Origin: Candidatus Roizmanbacteria bacterium
GTDB lineage: Bacteria; Patescibacteriota; Microgenomatia; UBA1406
DNA: 64,000 nucleotides
Direction: 5' to 3'
NCBI GenBank assembly: GCA_024654535.1
Contig: JANLHL010000038.1
Location: 315,824 to 379,823 of the forward strand
This document shows positions 17,901 through 26,818 of the stretch, piece by piece. The position numbers and the translations under genes were made by a program. The notes under the pieces are model-generated. The model worked only from the letters and a program-made list of their open reading frames with translations, did not search any database and was not told the origin of the DNA. Each line of letters opens with the position of its first letter. The stretch's first letter is position 1.

Positions 17901-17996
17901 TTCTTGAATATTGTGCGTTTTCCAATATTCGAGCCATTTATGTTCTATGACTGGAAAGTTGGGAGTAGTTTCAATTGTCCTCTTCATACGGTGCAT
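14985..17996 (-). CDS. ileS: Isoleucine--tRNA ligase
   Basis: 1003 aa. Class I HIGH-region variant (PMGVHHGWG), KMSKS variant (MHKSSGN), CP1 editing region and C-terminal zinc-type cysteines. Confidence 0.95.
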   Translation of the reverse strand: MHRMKRTIETTPNFPVIEHKWLEYWKTHNIQEKYLSKNNTSIKRFSYIDGPITANNPMGVHHGWGRSYKDLWQKFHNLLGYKQRFQNGFDCQGLWVEVEVEKELGIKNKKQIEELVPGDKKASIAKFVMLCKERVKKYAAIQTEQSKRLGYFMDWENSYFTMSNENNYMIWYYLKKCFDYGWIYKGHESVPWCPRCETAISQHEMLTEDYKDVTHETIYLKLKVTGKNKEFFLIWTTTPWTIPANIAIAVDAKLDYALVEGMSGDYFWIAKDSVERVFKKVYKRIVRVASGASLVGMTYSGPFDALPAVREVAQHNPKTFHTVIATDDTILPISTSEGTGQVHTAVSAGVEDFKLGKKYSLPMIPVIGDNADYLPNLGFLSGKNAKKNPRIILDYLEEQDKMGNSCVFSIEKFKHRYPACWRCKTELVWKVADEWYIAMDKPALVKGKIADETDTLRQRMITIAKNIKWTPSFGLSRELDWLNNMHDWLISKKNRYWGLSLPIYECSSCKMFEVLGSEDELENRAVHGWKTFEGHTPHKPWIDDVKIKCSHCGKTISRIPDVGNPWLDAGIVPYSTLIDPKTNKASYRTDKKYWKQWFPADSISESFPGQFKNWFYALIAMSAGLENTEPFRHVLGYATLLDEHGKPMHKSSGNMIEFMEGADKMGVDVMRWIYARQDPKKNLLFGYTKASEVKRAFHLPLWNTFKFYLTYTELDSWKKPSNSNITEHLASSHLSLLDKWILSRLVNTIEKVYRNLNAYKPSAASEAIEGLVLDVSQWYIRLSRNRTWTGSTNIEDKNAFYSTLFTVLHTVTILISAFLPFFSEELYQVISGEKASVHLENWPQLSKHWRDTQLEQDMVLLRTLAEAGHSQRKEKQLKVRQPLASVHFTLPKGSLTIPQNIKEYQEYLCIELNVKKVEFSEKSTSQICAELDTSLTDELKKEGAVRDIIRSIQQLRKDQSCSITEHIDITIPSVSPQYQTYIAQRVLADSVIIGEKIAIFKKK

Positions 17997-18025
17997 TATA
18001 TCTAGACTGGAGTGATTTTACAACG

Positions 18026-19105
18026 CTAGCCCCTTTTGTTTCTTCTTAGAAAAGCTGGAATTTCATATTCGTCAGTATCTTCTTCCTTAGTAGTGAACAT
18101 TTCCGAATTTTGAGGTACGCTTATTGATGGTTTACTTATTGAGGATGGGATTTGTTTATTAAAACGTGTTGCAACGAGAGTAATTTTTATCTCATCATGC
18201 ATATTTTTATCTATGGCAGCGCCAAATATAATTTGCGCATCTTGGTCCACATTTTTTGTTATGAGATCGGCGGCTTCGCTCACTTCCTGCATAGAAAGAT
18301 CCTCACCTCCAACAACGTTGAACAGTACTGCCCGAGCGCCTTCAATAGATGTTTCAAGCAGTGGAGAAGATATAGCCTGTTTAACAGCTTGTAAAGATCT
18401 TTTTTCACCACTTGCAATTCCAATACCCATTATTGCAGTTCCAGAGTTTTGCATTATTGTTTTCACATCTGCGAAATCTACGTTGATAAGCCCAGGAAGT
18501 GTAATTATTTCGGCAAGACCCTTCACTCCCTGAGTGAGTACAGCATCGACCTCTTTGAAAGCGTTTAACAATGTTAGCTTTTTTTCTTTGAGTTCAAGTA
18601 CGCGCTCATTAGGGATAATAATAAGCGCATCAACCTTATCTCTCAATTCTTCTATTCCTTTTTCTGCTGCTTGCATTCGTTTTGAGCCCTCAAATAGAAA
18701 TGGCTTCGTAACCACCGCTACGGTGAGCGCACCGCTCTCCTTGGCTACTTGAGCGACCACAGGAGATGCCCCAGTACCAGTACCACCACCCATGCCGGTT
18801 GTGATAAATACCAAATCTGCACCTTCAAGGTATTCTTTTATTTTTTCTTTTGATTCTTCAGCAGCTTGTTGGCCTATTTCAGGATTACCGCCGGCCCCAA
18901 GTCCACGAGTGACTTTTTCTCCTATTTGTAGTTTTGTTCCGGAGACATTGTGTAAGAGAGCTTGGGCATCAGTATTGATAGCAATAAATTCAACTCCCTC
19001 AACGTGTTCTGTTTCTATAAGGTTGATGAGTGCATTAGAACCTGCACCTCCAACGCCGAGGAGTTTTATTCTCGCAACTTTTTTAGCATCAGGTTTAATA
19101 AGCAT
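18026..19105 (-). CDS. ftsZ: Cell division protein FtsZ
   Basis: GVGGAGSNA and GMGGGTGTGASP tubulin signatures. The start is trimmed to the ATG at 19105, just after the ftsA stop. Confidence 0.95.
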   Translation of the reverse strand: MLIKPDAKKVARIKLLGVGGAGSNALINLIETEHVEGVEFIAINTDAQALLHNVSGTKLQIGEKVTRGLGAGGNPEIGQQAAEESKEKIKEYLEGADLVFITTGMGGGTGTGASPVVAQVAKESGALTVAVVTKPFLFEGSKRMQAAEKGIEELRDKVDALIIIPNERVLELKEKKLTLLNAFKEVDAVLTQGVKGLAEIITLPGLINVDFADVKTIMQNSGTAIMGIGIASGEKRSLQAVKQAISSPLLETSIEGARAVLFNVVGGEDLSMQEVSEAADLITKNVDQDAQIIFGAAIDKNMHDEIKITLVATRFNKQIPSSISKPSISVPQNSEMFTTKEEDTDEYEIPAFLRRNKRG

Positions 19106-19106
19106 A

Positions 19107-20378
19107 TTATTTGCTACCAGGAATAAAATTTTTAAAGAAATCGAAAAGCTTATTAATATTTTCTTTAACTTCCATCTTACCAAACATATTGGGAAGTTCA
19201 GGAAAAGCGAATGATTGTTGTGGCTTTTTTATCTCTTTTGTATACAGTAATGCGCCAACAAGGGCAGAATATTCGGGAGTATGTAATTCATCCGCTATGC
19301 CTCCCAATAGATGAGGCACCCCGATGCGTACTGGTAAGGCAAACGAATGTTTTAATCGTTCAACTAGGTATGGAGTGCCGGCTCCACCGCCAGAAACAAT
19401 AATTCCAGAGGGTATTTTTGCAAGTATATCGCTGTGTTTCAACTCTTTTTCAACAAGCTCAACAAGCTCATCTATTCTTGGATAGATAATTCCTTGAATT
19501 AGTTCTTTTTTGTTGACCGTTGTTATTCGTTCGTTGAGTCGTAAGCTTGCTATATTAATCTCATCTTCGTTTTCTTCTTTTTCTCGTTGTTTTTTCTCGT
19601 ATTCAAACAAAAAACGCTTTAATTTTTCTGAAGATTCTATAGAAATGCGAAGTCCTGCAGATATATCATTTGTGACATTTCTTGACCCAACAGGTACAAC
19701 AGAAGTGTGAATTACCGAACTGTCGGAAAAGATACAAATATCTGTTGTTCCGCCGCCTATATCGAGCATTGCACAGCCGAGTTCTCGTTCGGTTTCAGAA
19801 AGATTTGCTTGAGCTGATGCTATGCCTGAAAATATAAAGCCTTCAATGTCAATTCCGAGTAATCCGCATACCTTTCTAATATTGTTGAGAGCGATTGCAC
19901 TTGCCGTTATAATATGTGTTTCTACTTCTAACCGAACTCCATTCATACCAACCGGATTTTTAATTTCACCTTGGCCATCGACAGTAAATTCTTGAGGAAG
20001 TATATGAATAATTTCTCTGTTTGCTGCTAGTGAGACAGCTTTAGCAGAATCAACAACCCGTTCTATATCTTCTTGCTGTATGTCATTGGTTTGATAGTTC
20101 ACCGCTACCACGCCGTGAGAGTTTAGGGACATAATATTTGGGCCTCCAACTATTATTGTTGCGCGGTTTATTCTATTACCAGCCATACGTTCTGTATTAT
20201 TTATGGCTTTTTCCAGAGTTTTTGTTGCCTCGTTTATGTCAATAATGTGGGATTTTTTTATTCCTTTACTTTTTTCTGCGGAAAATCCAATAACATGCGG
20301 ATCCGCTCCCTCTTCTACGGTCGCTGTGGCAACGGCAACCTTTTCCGAACCTATATCTATAACTGTTATTGTGTCCAT
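19107..20378 (-). CDS. ftsA: Cell division protein FtsA
   Basis: Actin-like ATPase motifs VIDIGSEKV and MLDIGGGTTD. The start is trimmed to the ATG at 20378, after the ftsQ stop. Confidence 0.9.
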   Translation of the reverse strand: MDTITVIDIGSEKVAVATATVEEGADPHVIGFSAEKSKGIKKSHIIDINEATKTLEKAINNTERMAGNRINRATIIVGGPNIMSLNSHGVVAVNYQTNDIQQEDIERVVDSAKAVSLAANREIIHILPQEFTVDGQGEIKNPVGMNGVRLEVETHIITASAIALNNIRKVCGLLGIDIEGFIFSGIASAQANLSETERELGCAMLDIGGGTTDICIFSDSSVIHTSVVPVGSRNVTNDISAGLRISIESSEKLKRFLFEYEKKQREKEENEDEINIASLRLNERITTVNKKELIQGIIYPRIDELVELVEKELKHSDILAKIPSGIIVSGGGAGTPYLVERLKHSFALPVRIGVPHLLGGIADELHTPEYSALVGALLYTKEIKKPQQSFAFPELPNMFGKMEVKENINKLFDFFKNFIPGSK

Positions 20379-20382
20379 ATAA

Positions 20383-21063
20383 TTATTTTTTAATGACAGG
20401 CAAACCATACCGCAGATCAACGGCGGTAGCCTGAATATTTTTTTCTCTTACTACTTGTTGCATATTGTGCACCAAAAATGCATTTTTAGCAACGCTTTTT
20501 TGTGTTGATATCGTAAAAATGGGTACTTGTGCAAAATGCAGTTCAAGTAAGGTCGGCGATGGTACAAGAATACTGCGTGCTTGAGCATACTTATTACTTG
20601 AACATTCTTCTTGCAGTCTAAGTACATAGTGAATATCTTCAAAGGGTATCATATTGCCTTTTTTCCGTGAAAAGTCAGGAATTTCTCTAAAATATGTCAG
20701 TATCTGAAGGCCATCAGAATTGTCTGAAATCTTCATTATGACACCTTGTTTATTGACTATGATATATTTTTCACGATCATATACAGCTAGTGTTCCCTGT
20801 GATTTTTTTATCGTGAGGGCTATCTCTGAAGGGTATTTTTTCTCTATAGCAATAGATGCAATTTCAGGATACATTTTTGAGATGCTCATTATTTTTTTAT
20901 TGTAGTTTGTGAATACTAAATTAGTATTGAGAAATACGTTCAACACATTTCTAGAAATTGAGATATCGGATGTAACGGTGCGTACTCGAAAGGCAAGAAA
21001 TGCTGTACCAACAATACATATGATTAACCCAATAATCACTAAGCTAACTTTCAACAATTTCAT
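20383..21063 (-). CDS. ftsQ: FtsQ/DivIB-like cell division protein
   Basis: Single N-terminal TM followed by a POTRA-like region, located between murG and ftsA. The start is uncertain (21063 or 21087). Confidence 0.6.
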   Translation of the reverse strand: MKLLKVSLVIIGLIICIVGTAFLAFRVRTVTSDISISRNVLNVFLNTNLVFTNYNKKIMSISKMYPEIASIAIEKKYPSEIALTIKKSQGTLAVYDREKYIIVNKQGVIMKISDNSDGLQILTYFREIPDFSRKKGNMIPFEDIHYVLRLQEECSSNKYAQARSILVPSPTLLELHFAQVPIFTISTQKSVAKNAFLVHNMQQVVREKNIQATAVDLRYGLPVIKK

Positions 21064-22135
21064 TGAGTATGAATTGAGGAGAAACAACTAATTTTTTGTA
21101 ATCTCTCAGTTCTGTGAAGTGTATGCGGTAATTTTGTGCATTTCCCGCTAGTGAACGGACCGTCGGTATGAAAGCATCATTTTGGTGTAAAATAATACCT
21201 ACTCCAGCGTTTTCGAGTATCTGTGCATGTTTTTGCTGTTCGTCATTGGATGCAAATGGTAGTGGGATGAGCAATGAAGGGAGTCCATAGTATACAAGTA
21301 AAAAAAATGTGTTTGCTCCCACTCTCGTCAATGCGAGTTCTGCGTGTGAGAATAAATAGCCATGTTCATTGGGTGCTATAAAAGGGATAGGTATATAGTT
21401 ATCGCTTGCATATGTTTTCATTCGTTCATAATCGCCGTATTCACTTATCCCCAACTGATGCACTATCTGAAAATTTTTCGATAATTCAGGTAGATTGTTT
21501 TCAATGAGTACATTTATTTGGTGAGCACCACTACTTCCACCCATAACAAGAATGAGTGGTTTATTTGGTAGAGGAGTATACCACGATGGTTTTTTAACTG
21601 ATAAGAAGTTACTGTGGTAGGGATTGCCAGTAATAATGGCTGATTTGAAGTATTTTTCTGCCTGTGGAAATGCAACAAAAATTTTTCTTGCAATTTTCGC
21701 AATGAGAAGTGTTGCTTTTCCCGGTGATATAGTTTGCTCATGCAGATAGATTGGTATGCGCAAAACAAAAGCGCAAAGCGCTACGGGAACCGCTAAATAA
21801 CCACCAAACACTATTACTTTTTTTGGATGTGTCTTGTACAGTATTTTCCATGCTTCAATAACTGCACGTATAAATAGTGAAAGCTGTTTAACGATAGTAT
21901 TGTTCGATACTTTAGAGTTGAATCTTCCTGAGTCAAATGGATAAAAGGTGACACCAGAAATTCGTTTAATCAAAGCATGTTCTAAGGTTGGTGACGAAAT
22001 TCCGGTAAAAGAGTCAGTTCTTCCAATGAAAATTACCGGGATGTTCTGTTTTCTCAGTCCTTCCACAAGAGCATAGGCGGGTGAAAAATGCCCACCAACA
22101 ATTGCAACTACTTTGTTATCTTCGTTTTTTTTCAC
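21044..22135 (-). CDS. murG: UDP-N-acetylglucosamine--N-acetylmuramyl-(pentapeptide) pyrophosphoryl-undecaprenol GlcNAc transferase
   Basis: IVGGHFSPA N-terminus, VMGGSSGA and the C-terminal GT28 region, in dcw context. Confidence 0.9.
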   Translation of the reverse strand: MKKNEDNKVVAIVGGHFSPAYALVEGLRKQNIPVIFIGRTDSFTGISSPTLEHALIKRISGVTFYPFDSGRFNSKVSNNTIVKQLSLFIRAVIEAWKILYKTHPKKVIVFGGYLAVPVALCAFVLRIPIYLHEQTISPGKATLLIAKIARKIFVAFPQAEKYFKSAIITGNPYHSNFLSVKKPSWYTPLPNKPLILVMGGSSGAHQINVLIENNLPELSKNFQIVHQLGISEYGDYERMKTYASDNYIPIPFIAPNEHGYLFSHAELALTRVGANTFFLLVYYGLPSLLIPLPFASNDEQQKHAQILENAGVGIILHQNDAFIPTVRSLAGNAQNYRIHFTELRDYKKLVVSPQFILNEIVES

Positions 22136-23195
22136 TATAGCTAATTATATTAAACAATATACCAGATAAAATATAGAAGGTCAGTAGAGACGACCCACCG
22201 TACGAAATAAACGGTAGTGGAATACCAGTGAGCGGTAAAAGTTGTACCATAGCCCCTAAATTGACCAGACATTGAAATCCAATAATAAAGAATACTCCCG
22301 ACGCAAGAAGAAAACCAAGTCTATCCTTAATATGTTGTAAATGTTGATAAATGTACAGCAAAAAAGCTATGTAGATACTCACAATCAGTACGCTCCCCAC
22401 AAATCCGAAATTTTCTCCTATTATGGCAAAGATAGAATCGGTATGTGCCTCAGGTAAAAAAAGGAATTTTTGTTTTGATGATCCGAAACCGCTTCCCCAT
22501 ACTCCGCCTAACGATAGGGCAATATTTATTTGCTGTATGTGGTATCCAATACCTTGGGGATCAGCTTGTGGATTTAGAAACGTGGTGAGACGTTGTAGTC
22601 TATAAGGTGAAAACACTGCCAGCAGTAAAAAAGCTGTGGCAGCGAGTGGTATAAGTAACAGTCCGTGCTTAATTGGCGCTCCAGATACCATATATAAGAA
22701 CAACGCTATGCAACCGAGTATTGCCGCAGTACCTAAATCCGGCTGTAACATAACAAGTCCTATAATAAGCCCAGTCAATATAAGAAATGCAAATAGTCGG
22801 CTTCGTTCTTTGTAACTAAACCATGCAGAAAGATAGACAATCAAAGTTAATTTTGTTAATTCAGATGGTTGTATACGTATAGGCCCAATACTGAGCCAAC
22901 GGCTGGCGCCCAGCGCGGATGAATATAGACCTGGAATAAATACAAGGAGCAAAAGGACAATATTGATGACAAGGATTGGCAAAGATAGACTATAGAGACG
23001 ATGATAGTCAAAACGTGAAAAGAACCCAAAACAAACGAGTGCGAGGGCAAACCAGATCAGTTGATTGCGTACGAAATAGAGAGCATCTCCATAAGTGCTG
23101 GCTGCGTTTATTGAAGAAGCCTCATAAATCATAAATACACCGAGTGCAGTTAGTACAATTGGAAAAAATAACAAAAGAGAGCGTGACTTTGACAT
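22116..23195 (-). CDS. ftsW: SEDS family lipid II polymerase/flippase-like protein FtsW
   Basis: QPSELTK, QPDLGTA, LPEAHTDSIFA, PLPFISYGGSS. The start is trimmed to the ATG at 23195, after the mraY stop. Confidence 0.85.
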   Translation of the reverse strand: MSKSRSLLLFFPIVLTALGVFMIYEASSINAASTYGDALYFVRNQLIWFALALVCFGFFSRFDYHRLYSLSLPILVINIVLLLLVFIPGLYSSALGASRWLSIGPIRIQPSELTKLTLIVYLSAWFSYKERSRLFAFLILTGLIIGLVMLQPDLGTAAILGCIALFLYMVSGAPIKHGLLLIPLAATAFLLLAVFSPYRLQRLTTFLNPQADPQGIGYHIQQINIALSLGGVWGSGFGSSKQKFLFLPEAHTDSIFAIIGENFGFVGSVLIVSIYIAFLLYIYQHLQHIKDRLGFLLASGVFFIIGFQCLVNLGAMVQLLPLTGIPLPFISYGGSSLLTFYILSGILFNIISYSEKKRR

Positions 23196-23197
23196 AA

Positions 23198-24244
23198 TTA
23201 TTTTAAAAATGCAATCCAAAGACCGAAAATAGAACAGACTATTGTAATAAGCCAAAATCGAAATACTATTTTAGATTCACTCCAACCTTTTAGTTGCAAA
23301 TATAAGTGCGCTGGTGCAACTGGGAAAAATTTCTTTTTAAAATATTTTTTAACGGTTAATTGAAGGAGCGACGATGAAGCTTCCACAACAAATATAAAGC
23401 CGATGATAGGCAGTAAAAATGCTTTACCTAATAAAAGACCAATGACGGCAAACGCTGCCCCAAACGCAAGAGCCCCTGTATCTCCTAGAAATATGCGTGC
23501 GGGGAATACGTTGAAGTATAAAAATGTTAATAGTCCACCTATCCAAACTGAGAGCACTACAGAAAGAATAGTGTCAAGCACTGCGTGAGAAATAATCCAA
23601 AAAGTTAATAGGGAAATGAGTAGTACTCCAGATGAAAGGCCATCTAATCCATCAGTAATATTATATGCATTGGTAAAGGCGAGGATAGTAAAAGTAGCAA
23701 ATAAGACATATCCTATGCCTAGGTGCAGGGTGCCAAAAAAGGGGATATTGATGAATGATATTCCTAACCAAGAGTACATCCAATAGCTGATAATAAGTGC
23801 TATTGCCAACTGTATAAAAATTTTATGGCGCAATCTAAGTCCGTAGAATATTTCAGCGCCCTTTTCAATATTAAAAGTTTTTTTAATATCATCGAAAAGT
23901 CCAAGTAGTGCAAATGCAACGAGAGTGAATAATATGATCACTGTTTCTCTTGGTGCACTCTTGAATACTGAGATTACCGGGATACCGAAAAAATAGAACA
24001 GTGTCAGAAAGAGCATGGATAAAATAATTGTAGTGCAAACAACGAGGAAACCTCCTCCTACTGGGGTGCCAACTTTTTCTTTATGGAAAAAGTCAAATAT
24101 GGGGGCACGCAGATTAAATGGGTCTTTGGTCTTTTGTGCTTGACGTTGAAATTTGAGCTTATAGAGAAAGTCAATAAATGGAACCATTAAAAAAGAGTTC
24201 ACTACAAAGGAGAATATGACCATTCCTAAATATATTGAGTTCAT
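23198..24244 (-). CDS. mraY: Phospho-N-acetylmuramoyl-pentapeptide-transferase
   Basis: KVGTPVGGG, NAYNITDGLDGL, GDTGALAFG. Confidence 0.95.
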   Translation of the reverse strand: MNSIYLGMVIFSFVVNSFLMVPFIDFLYKLKFQRQAQKTKDPFNLRAPIFDFFHKEKVGTPVGGGFLVVCTTIILSMLFLTLFYFFGIPVISVFKSAPRETVIILFTLVAFALLGLFDDIKKTFNIEKGAEIFYGLRLRHKIFIQLAIALIISYWMYSWLGISFINIPFFGTLHLGIGYVLFATFTILAFTNAYNITDGLDGLSSGVLLISLLTFWIISHAVLDTILSVVLSVWIGGLLTFLYFNVFPARIFLGDTGALAFGAAFAVIGLLLGKAFLLPIIGFIFVVEASSSLLQLTVKKYFKKKFFPVAPAHLYLQLKGWSESKIVFRFWLITIVCSIFGLWIAFLK

Positions 24245-24627
24245 AGTATTTTGGGCAGAAAAATGATGATACCGATAATGCTTGCATAAATAGCGCTCAA
24301 TAAGACGGCTCCTGCTGCAAGATCTTTAGACAAACCAATCGTACTATCAAATTTTTTTGTAACTGCATCAGTCGCTTGCTCAATGCTCGTATTGATCATT
24401 TCTGTCACAAGTACGCTAAATATGGCACTGACGATAAATAGCCATTCTGATGTTTGCAAGTTTAGTATCAATCCAAGAAGGACAACTATAACTATAGCGT
24501 ATACGTGAATTTTTATATTCACCTGGTGCGTTAAAGCCCATTTAATACCGTGTAAAGCGAAACGAAATCCTATTTTTTGATGATGTACCGCAAACAGTGA
24601 GACCTCATCTTTTGTATTAATTACCAT
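24241..24627 (-). CDS. dgkA: Diacylglycerol/undecaprenol kinase (DgkA family)
   Basis: Three TMs, EMINTSIEQATD and KDLAAGAVLL blocks. Confidence 0.8.
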   Translation of the reverse strand: MVINTKDEVSLFAVHHQKIGFRFALHGIKWALTHQVNIKIHVYAIVIVVLLGLILNLQTSEWLFIVSAIFSVLVTEMINTSIEQATDAVTKKFDSTIGLSKDLAAGAVLLSAIYASIIGIIIFLPKIL

Positions 24628-25603
24628 ACAATAATTCTAGCAAAATTTTTGCAAGCTTATCTGGATCGTGTCGTACTATTGATCTTTCAAGACTGTCACC
24701 TTTTATTTGAACAAACACAGAGTCTGATAGTAAATTAGCTTTAACTTTTTTAACAGTGTGTTCATCAATGGTTAAATCATCTATCACTTCATGTTCGCCA
24801 TATTCCATGTAGTAATTTCGTGCTTCCTCAGAAATTTTTCCGGTGTTGATTACAATATGAGTAAACGGGTTGTCTCCGAGGTATTTTGAAAATATACTAA
24901 CATACCTTGACAGTCCAAACTCATCTGTTTGTCCAGCTTTATTCATCAAATTAGCTATAAGTACCTTTTTAGCGGAGCTTTTTTTATATTCATGTACAAG
25001 TTCATTGAACATAAAGTTGGGAAGTAAACTTGTGTATACATCTCCTGGCCCAATCACGATACAGTCCGCGTTTTTAATTGCATCAACAGCATGTGGGTTG
25101 ACTTTTGCCGGTTTCTCAAGTGTAAGCGTATTAATAGGAGATCGGTTTGGTACTCTTTCATCGATAATCGATTCTCCCGTTAGGATTTTTCCATCTTCTA
25201 ATACTGCCTGAATGTTCGTTTTATCGAAGGTGACTGGAATGACTTTCCCTTTTGTGTGGAGTAATTGTTGTGCCATATCAAGCGCTTTTTGAAAATTTCC
25301 TCCGATTGTTTCGGTTACTGCAAGAAACAGATTGCCAAAATTATGTCCTTTAAAGTCTCCATTTGTAAACCTATATAAAAAAAGTTTCCTCCACAATAAA
25401 TCTGACTCAGATAGAGCGACTAGAGCTTGTCGTACGTCACCTCCAGGGAGCACTCCGTACTGATCGCGTAGCTTTCCACTGCTACCTCCACTGTCCATCA
25501 TGGTTATTATTGCCCCAATAGTAATTGGGTATGTTTTCAGACCTGAAAGCACCGTATAGGTTCCGGTACCTCCGCCAATAACCACAATATTTTTATTTTT
25601 CAT
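24617..25603 (-). CDS. yvcK: YvcK/CofD-like (UPF0052) protein
   Basis: IVVIGGGTGTYTVLSGLK...GGDVRQALVAL...IVIGPGDVYTSLLPN. Confidence 0.85.
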   Translation of the reverse strand: MKNKNIVVIGGGTGTYTVLSGLKTYPITIGAIITMMDSGGSSGKLRDQYGVLPGGDVRQALVALSESDLLWRKLFLYRFTNGDFKGHNFGNLFLAVTETIGGNFQKALDMAQQLLHTKGKVIPVTFDKTNIQAVLEDGKILTGESIIDERVPNRSPINTLTLEKPAKVNPHAVDAIKNADCIVIGPGDVYTSLLPNFMFNELVHEYKKSSAKKVLIANLMNKAGQTDEFGLSRYVSIFSKYLGDNPFTHIVINTGKISEEARNYYMEYGEHEVIDDLTIDEHTVKKVKANLLSDSVFVQIKGDSLERSIVRHDPDKLAKILLELLYGN

Positions 25604-25609
25604 CGCATT

Positions 25610-25615
25610 TATATA
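25610..25615 (-). promoter_or_regulatory. Candidate -10 TATATA, 6 nt before the yvcK ATG
   Basis: Minus strand reads gtagTATATA-aatgcg-ATG. Confidence 0.35.
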
Positions 25616-25657
25616 CTACCTTTTTTTAGTTGATGAATCAATTGACAAACATTTAGC

Positions 25658-25686
25658 TTGAATATTAAACCTATATACTATACAAT
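25658..25686 (+). promoter_or_regulatory. Promoter for rplU-rpmA: TTGAAT-17-TACAAT
   Basis: TTGAAT (25658-25663), 17-nt spacer, TACAAT (25681-25686). The ATG follows 10 nt later. Confidence 0.5.
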
Positions 25687-25696
25687 ACTTTACATT

Positions 25697-26026
25697 ATGA
25701 AGCCATTTGCAGTAATACAAACAGGAGGGAAGCAATATCTCGTAGAAGAAGGAGAGTCAATTGTAGTAAACAAGATCGAAGGGAAAGAAAAAGACGTAGT
25801 TACTTTTGAATCTGTACTATTATATGCAGTGGATGAAAATACCACGCATATCGGAGCGCCTCTGTTACCTAACGTTAAAGTTCTTGCAACTATCACGGAG
25901 CAAGGCAAAGGTGAAAAGATTCGTATAGCACGTTTCAGGTCGAAGTCAAGACACAGGAGGCTACAAGGTCATCGTGAAGTGTTGACGAAGCTTTCGATAC
26001 AAAAAATAGCAGTTGATAAGAAATAA
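25697..26026 (+). CDS. rplU: 50S ribosomal protein L21
   Basis: MKPFAVIQTGGKQYLV. The ORF-track TTG at 25658 lies inside the promoter. Confidence 0.95.
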   Translation: MKPFAVIQTGGKQYLVEEGESIVVNKIEGKEKDVVTFESVLLYAVDENTTHIGAPLLPNVKVLATITEQGKGEKIRIARFRSKSRHRRLQGHREVLTKLSIQKIAVDKK

Positions 26027-26277
26027 TGGCGCATACAAAAGCAAAGGGTTCAGCACGAATCAATAAAGATAGCATATCGAAACGACTGGGTGTGAAACGC
26101 AATGATTCACAACCTGTTGTACCCGGGATGATTATAGTTCGTCAGAAAGGAACACGCTATCATAATGGACCAGGAGTATCACGCGGTAAGGATTTTACTC
26201 TTTTTGCAGTTAAGACTGGTGTCGTACATTTTTACAATAGACTTGGCAAAAAATTCGTCAGTGTGAGAACACCTTGA
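26026..26277 (+). CDS. rpmA: 50S ribosomal protein L27
   Basis: MAHTKAKGSARINKDSISKRLGVK...GTRYHNGPGVSRGKDFTLFA. There is no N-terminal propeptide. Confidence 0.95.
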   Translation: MAHTKAKGSARINKDSISKRLGVKRNDSQPVVPGMIIVRQKGTRYHNGPGVSRGKDFTLFAVKTGVVHFYNRLGKKFVSVRTP

Positions 26278-26807
26278 ATACAGAAACACACATATTGACT
26301 ATATTGCGGGATCCAAACACAAACCCTCTGAGGCGGGCAGCTTTGATTTCTAAACTTGTTGAAGATCATCACTATTCAAAAATAGAACTTGCTAATATTC
26401 TCAAAAAAAGTCCTAGCTATATTTCAAACCACTTACGTTTATTAAGGTTACCCGATGCTGTTAAAGACGCACTCATATCTGCGATTATTTCAGAAGGTCA
26501 TGGACGTGCGCTTTCATGTTTAAACACAGAGAGCGAAATTTTAAATATGTTTGAAGAAATTATTAGATTTAATTTATCTGTACGACAAGTTGAGAGCAAA
26601 GTAGATTCTTTGCGATCAGAAAAACGTGAGTATGGTAAGTTAAATGAAGATATTAATAATCAAGCACGTGATATTTCGAGAGCAACAGGAGCGAGTACCT
26701 CTATTCGACGTCGTAGTAGTCAGCTTGTACTTACTATTAATTTTCCTTACAGTATTGTTGGTTTTAATAAGATTAAAAGAATTTCAGAAATTCTTAAAAG
26801 AGGTTAA
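26274..26807 (+). CDS. ParB-like HTH protein lacking the N-terminal ParB/CTP-binding domain
   Basis: KIELANILKKSPSYISNHLRLLRLPDAVKDALISAIISEGHGRAL matches the ParB/Spo0J HTH block. The TTG start overlaps the rpmA TGA (TTGA), and there is no in-frame ATG before residue ~90. Confidence 0.6.
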   Translation: MNTETHILTILRDPNTNPLRRAALISKLVEDHHYSKIELANILKKSPSYISNHLRLLRLPDAVKDALISAIISEGHGRALSCLNTESEILNMFEEIIRFNLSVRQVESKVDSLRSEKREYGKLNEDINNQARDISRATGASTSIRRRSSQLVLTINFPYSIVGFNKIKRISEILKRG

Positions 26808-26818
26808 GAGTATTTTCT

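Noticed and set aside
18152-19214. Several 70-140 aa plus-strand ORFs antisense to ftsZ, with similar cases antisense to dnaK, uvrB, ileS and others.
   Set aside because: These are classic shadow ORFs on the opposite strand of strongly supported conserved genes. Their translations are low-complexity (Ser/Pro/Ala-rich).
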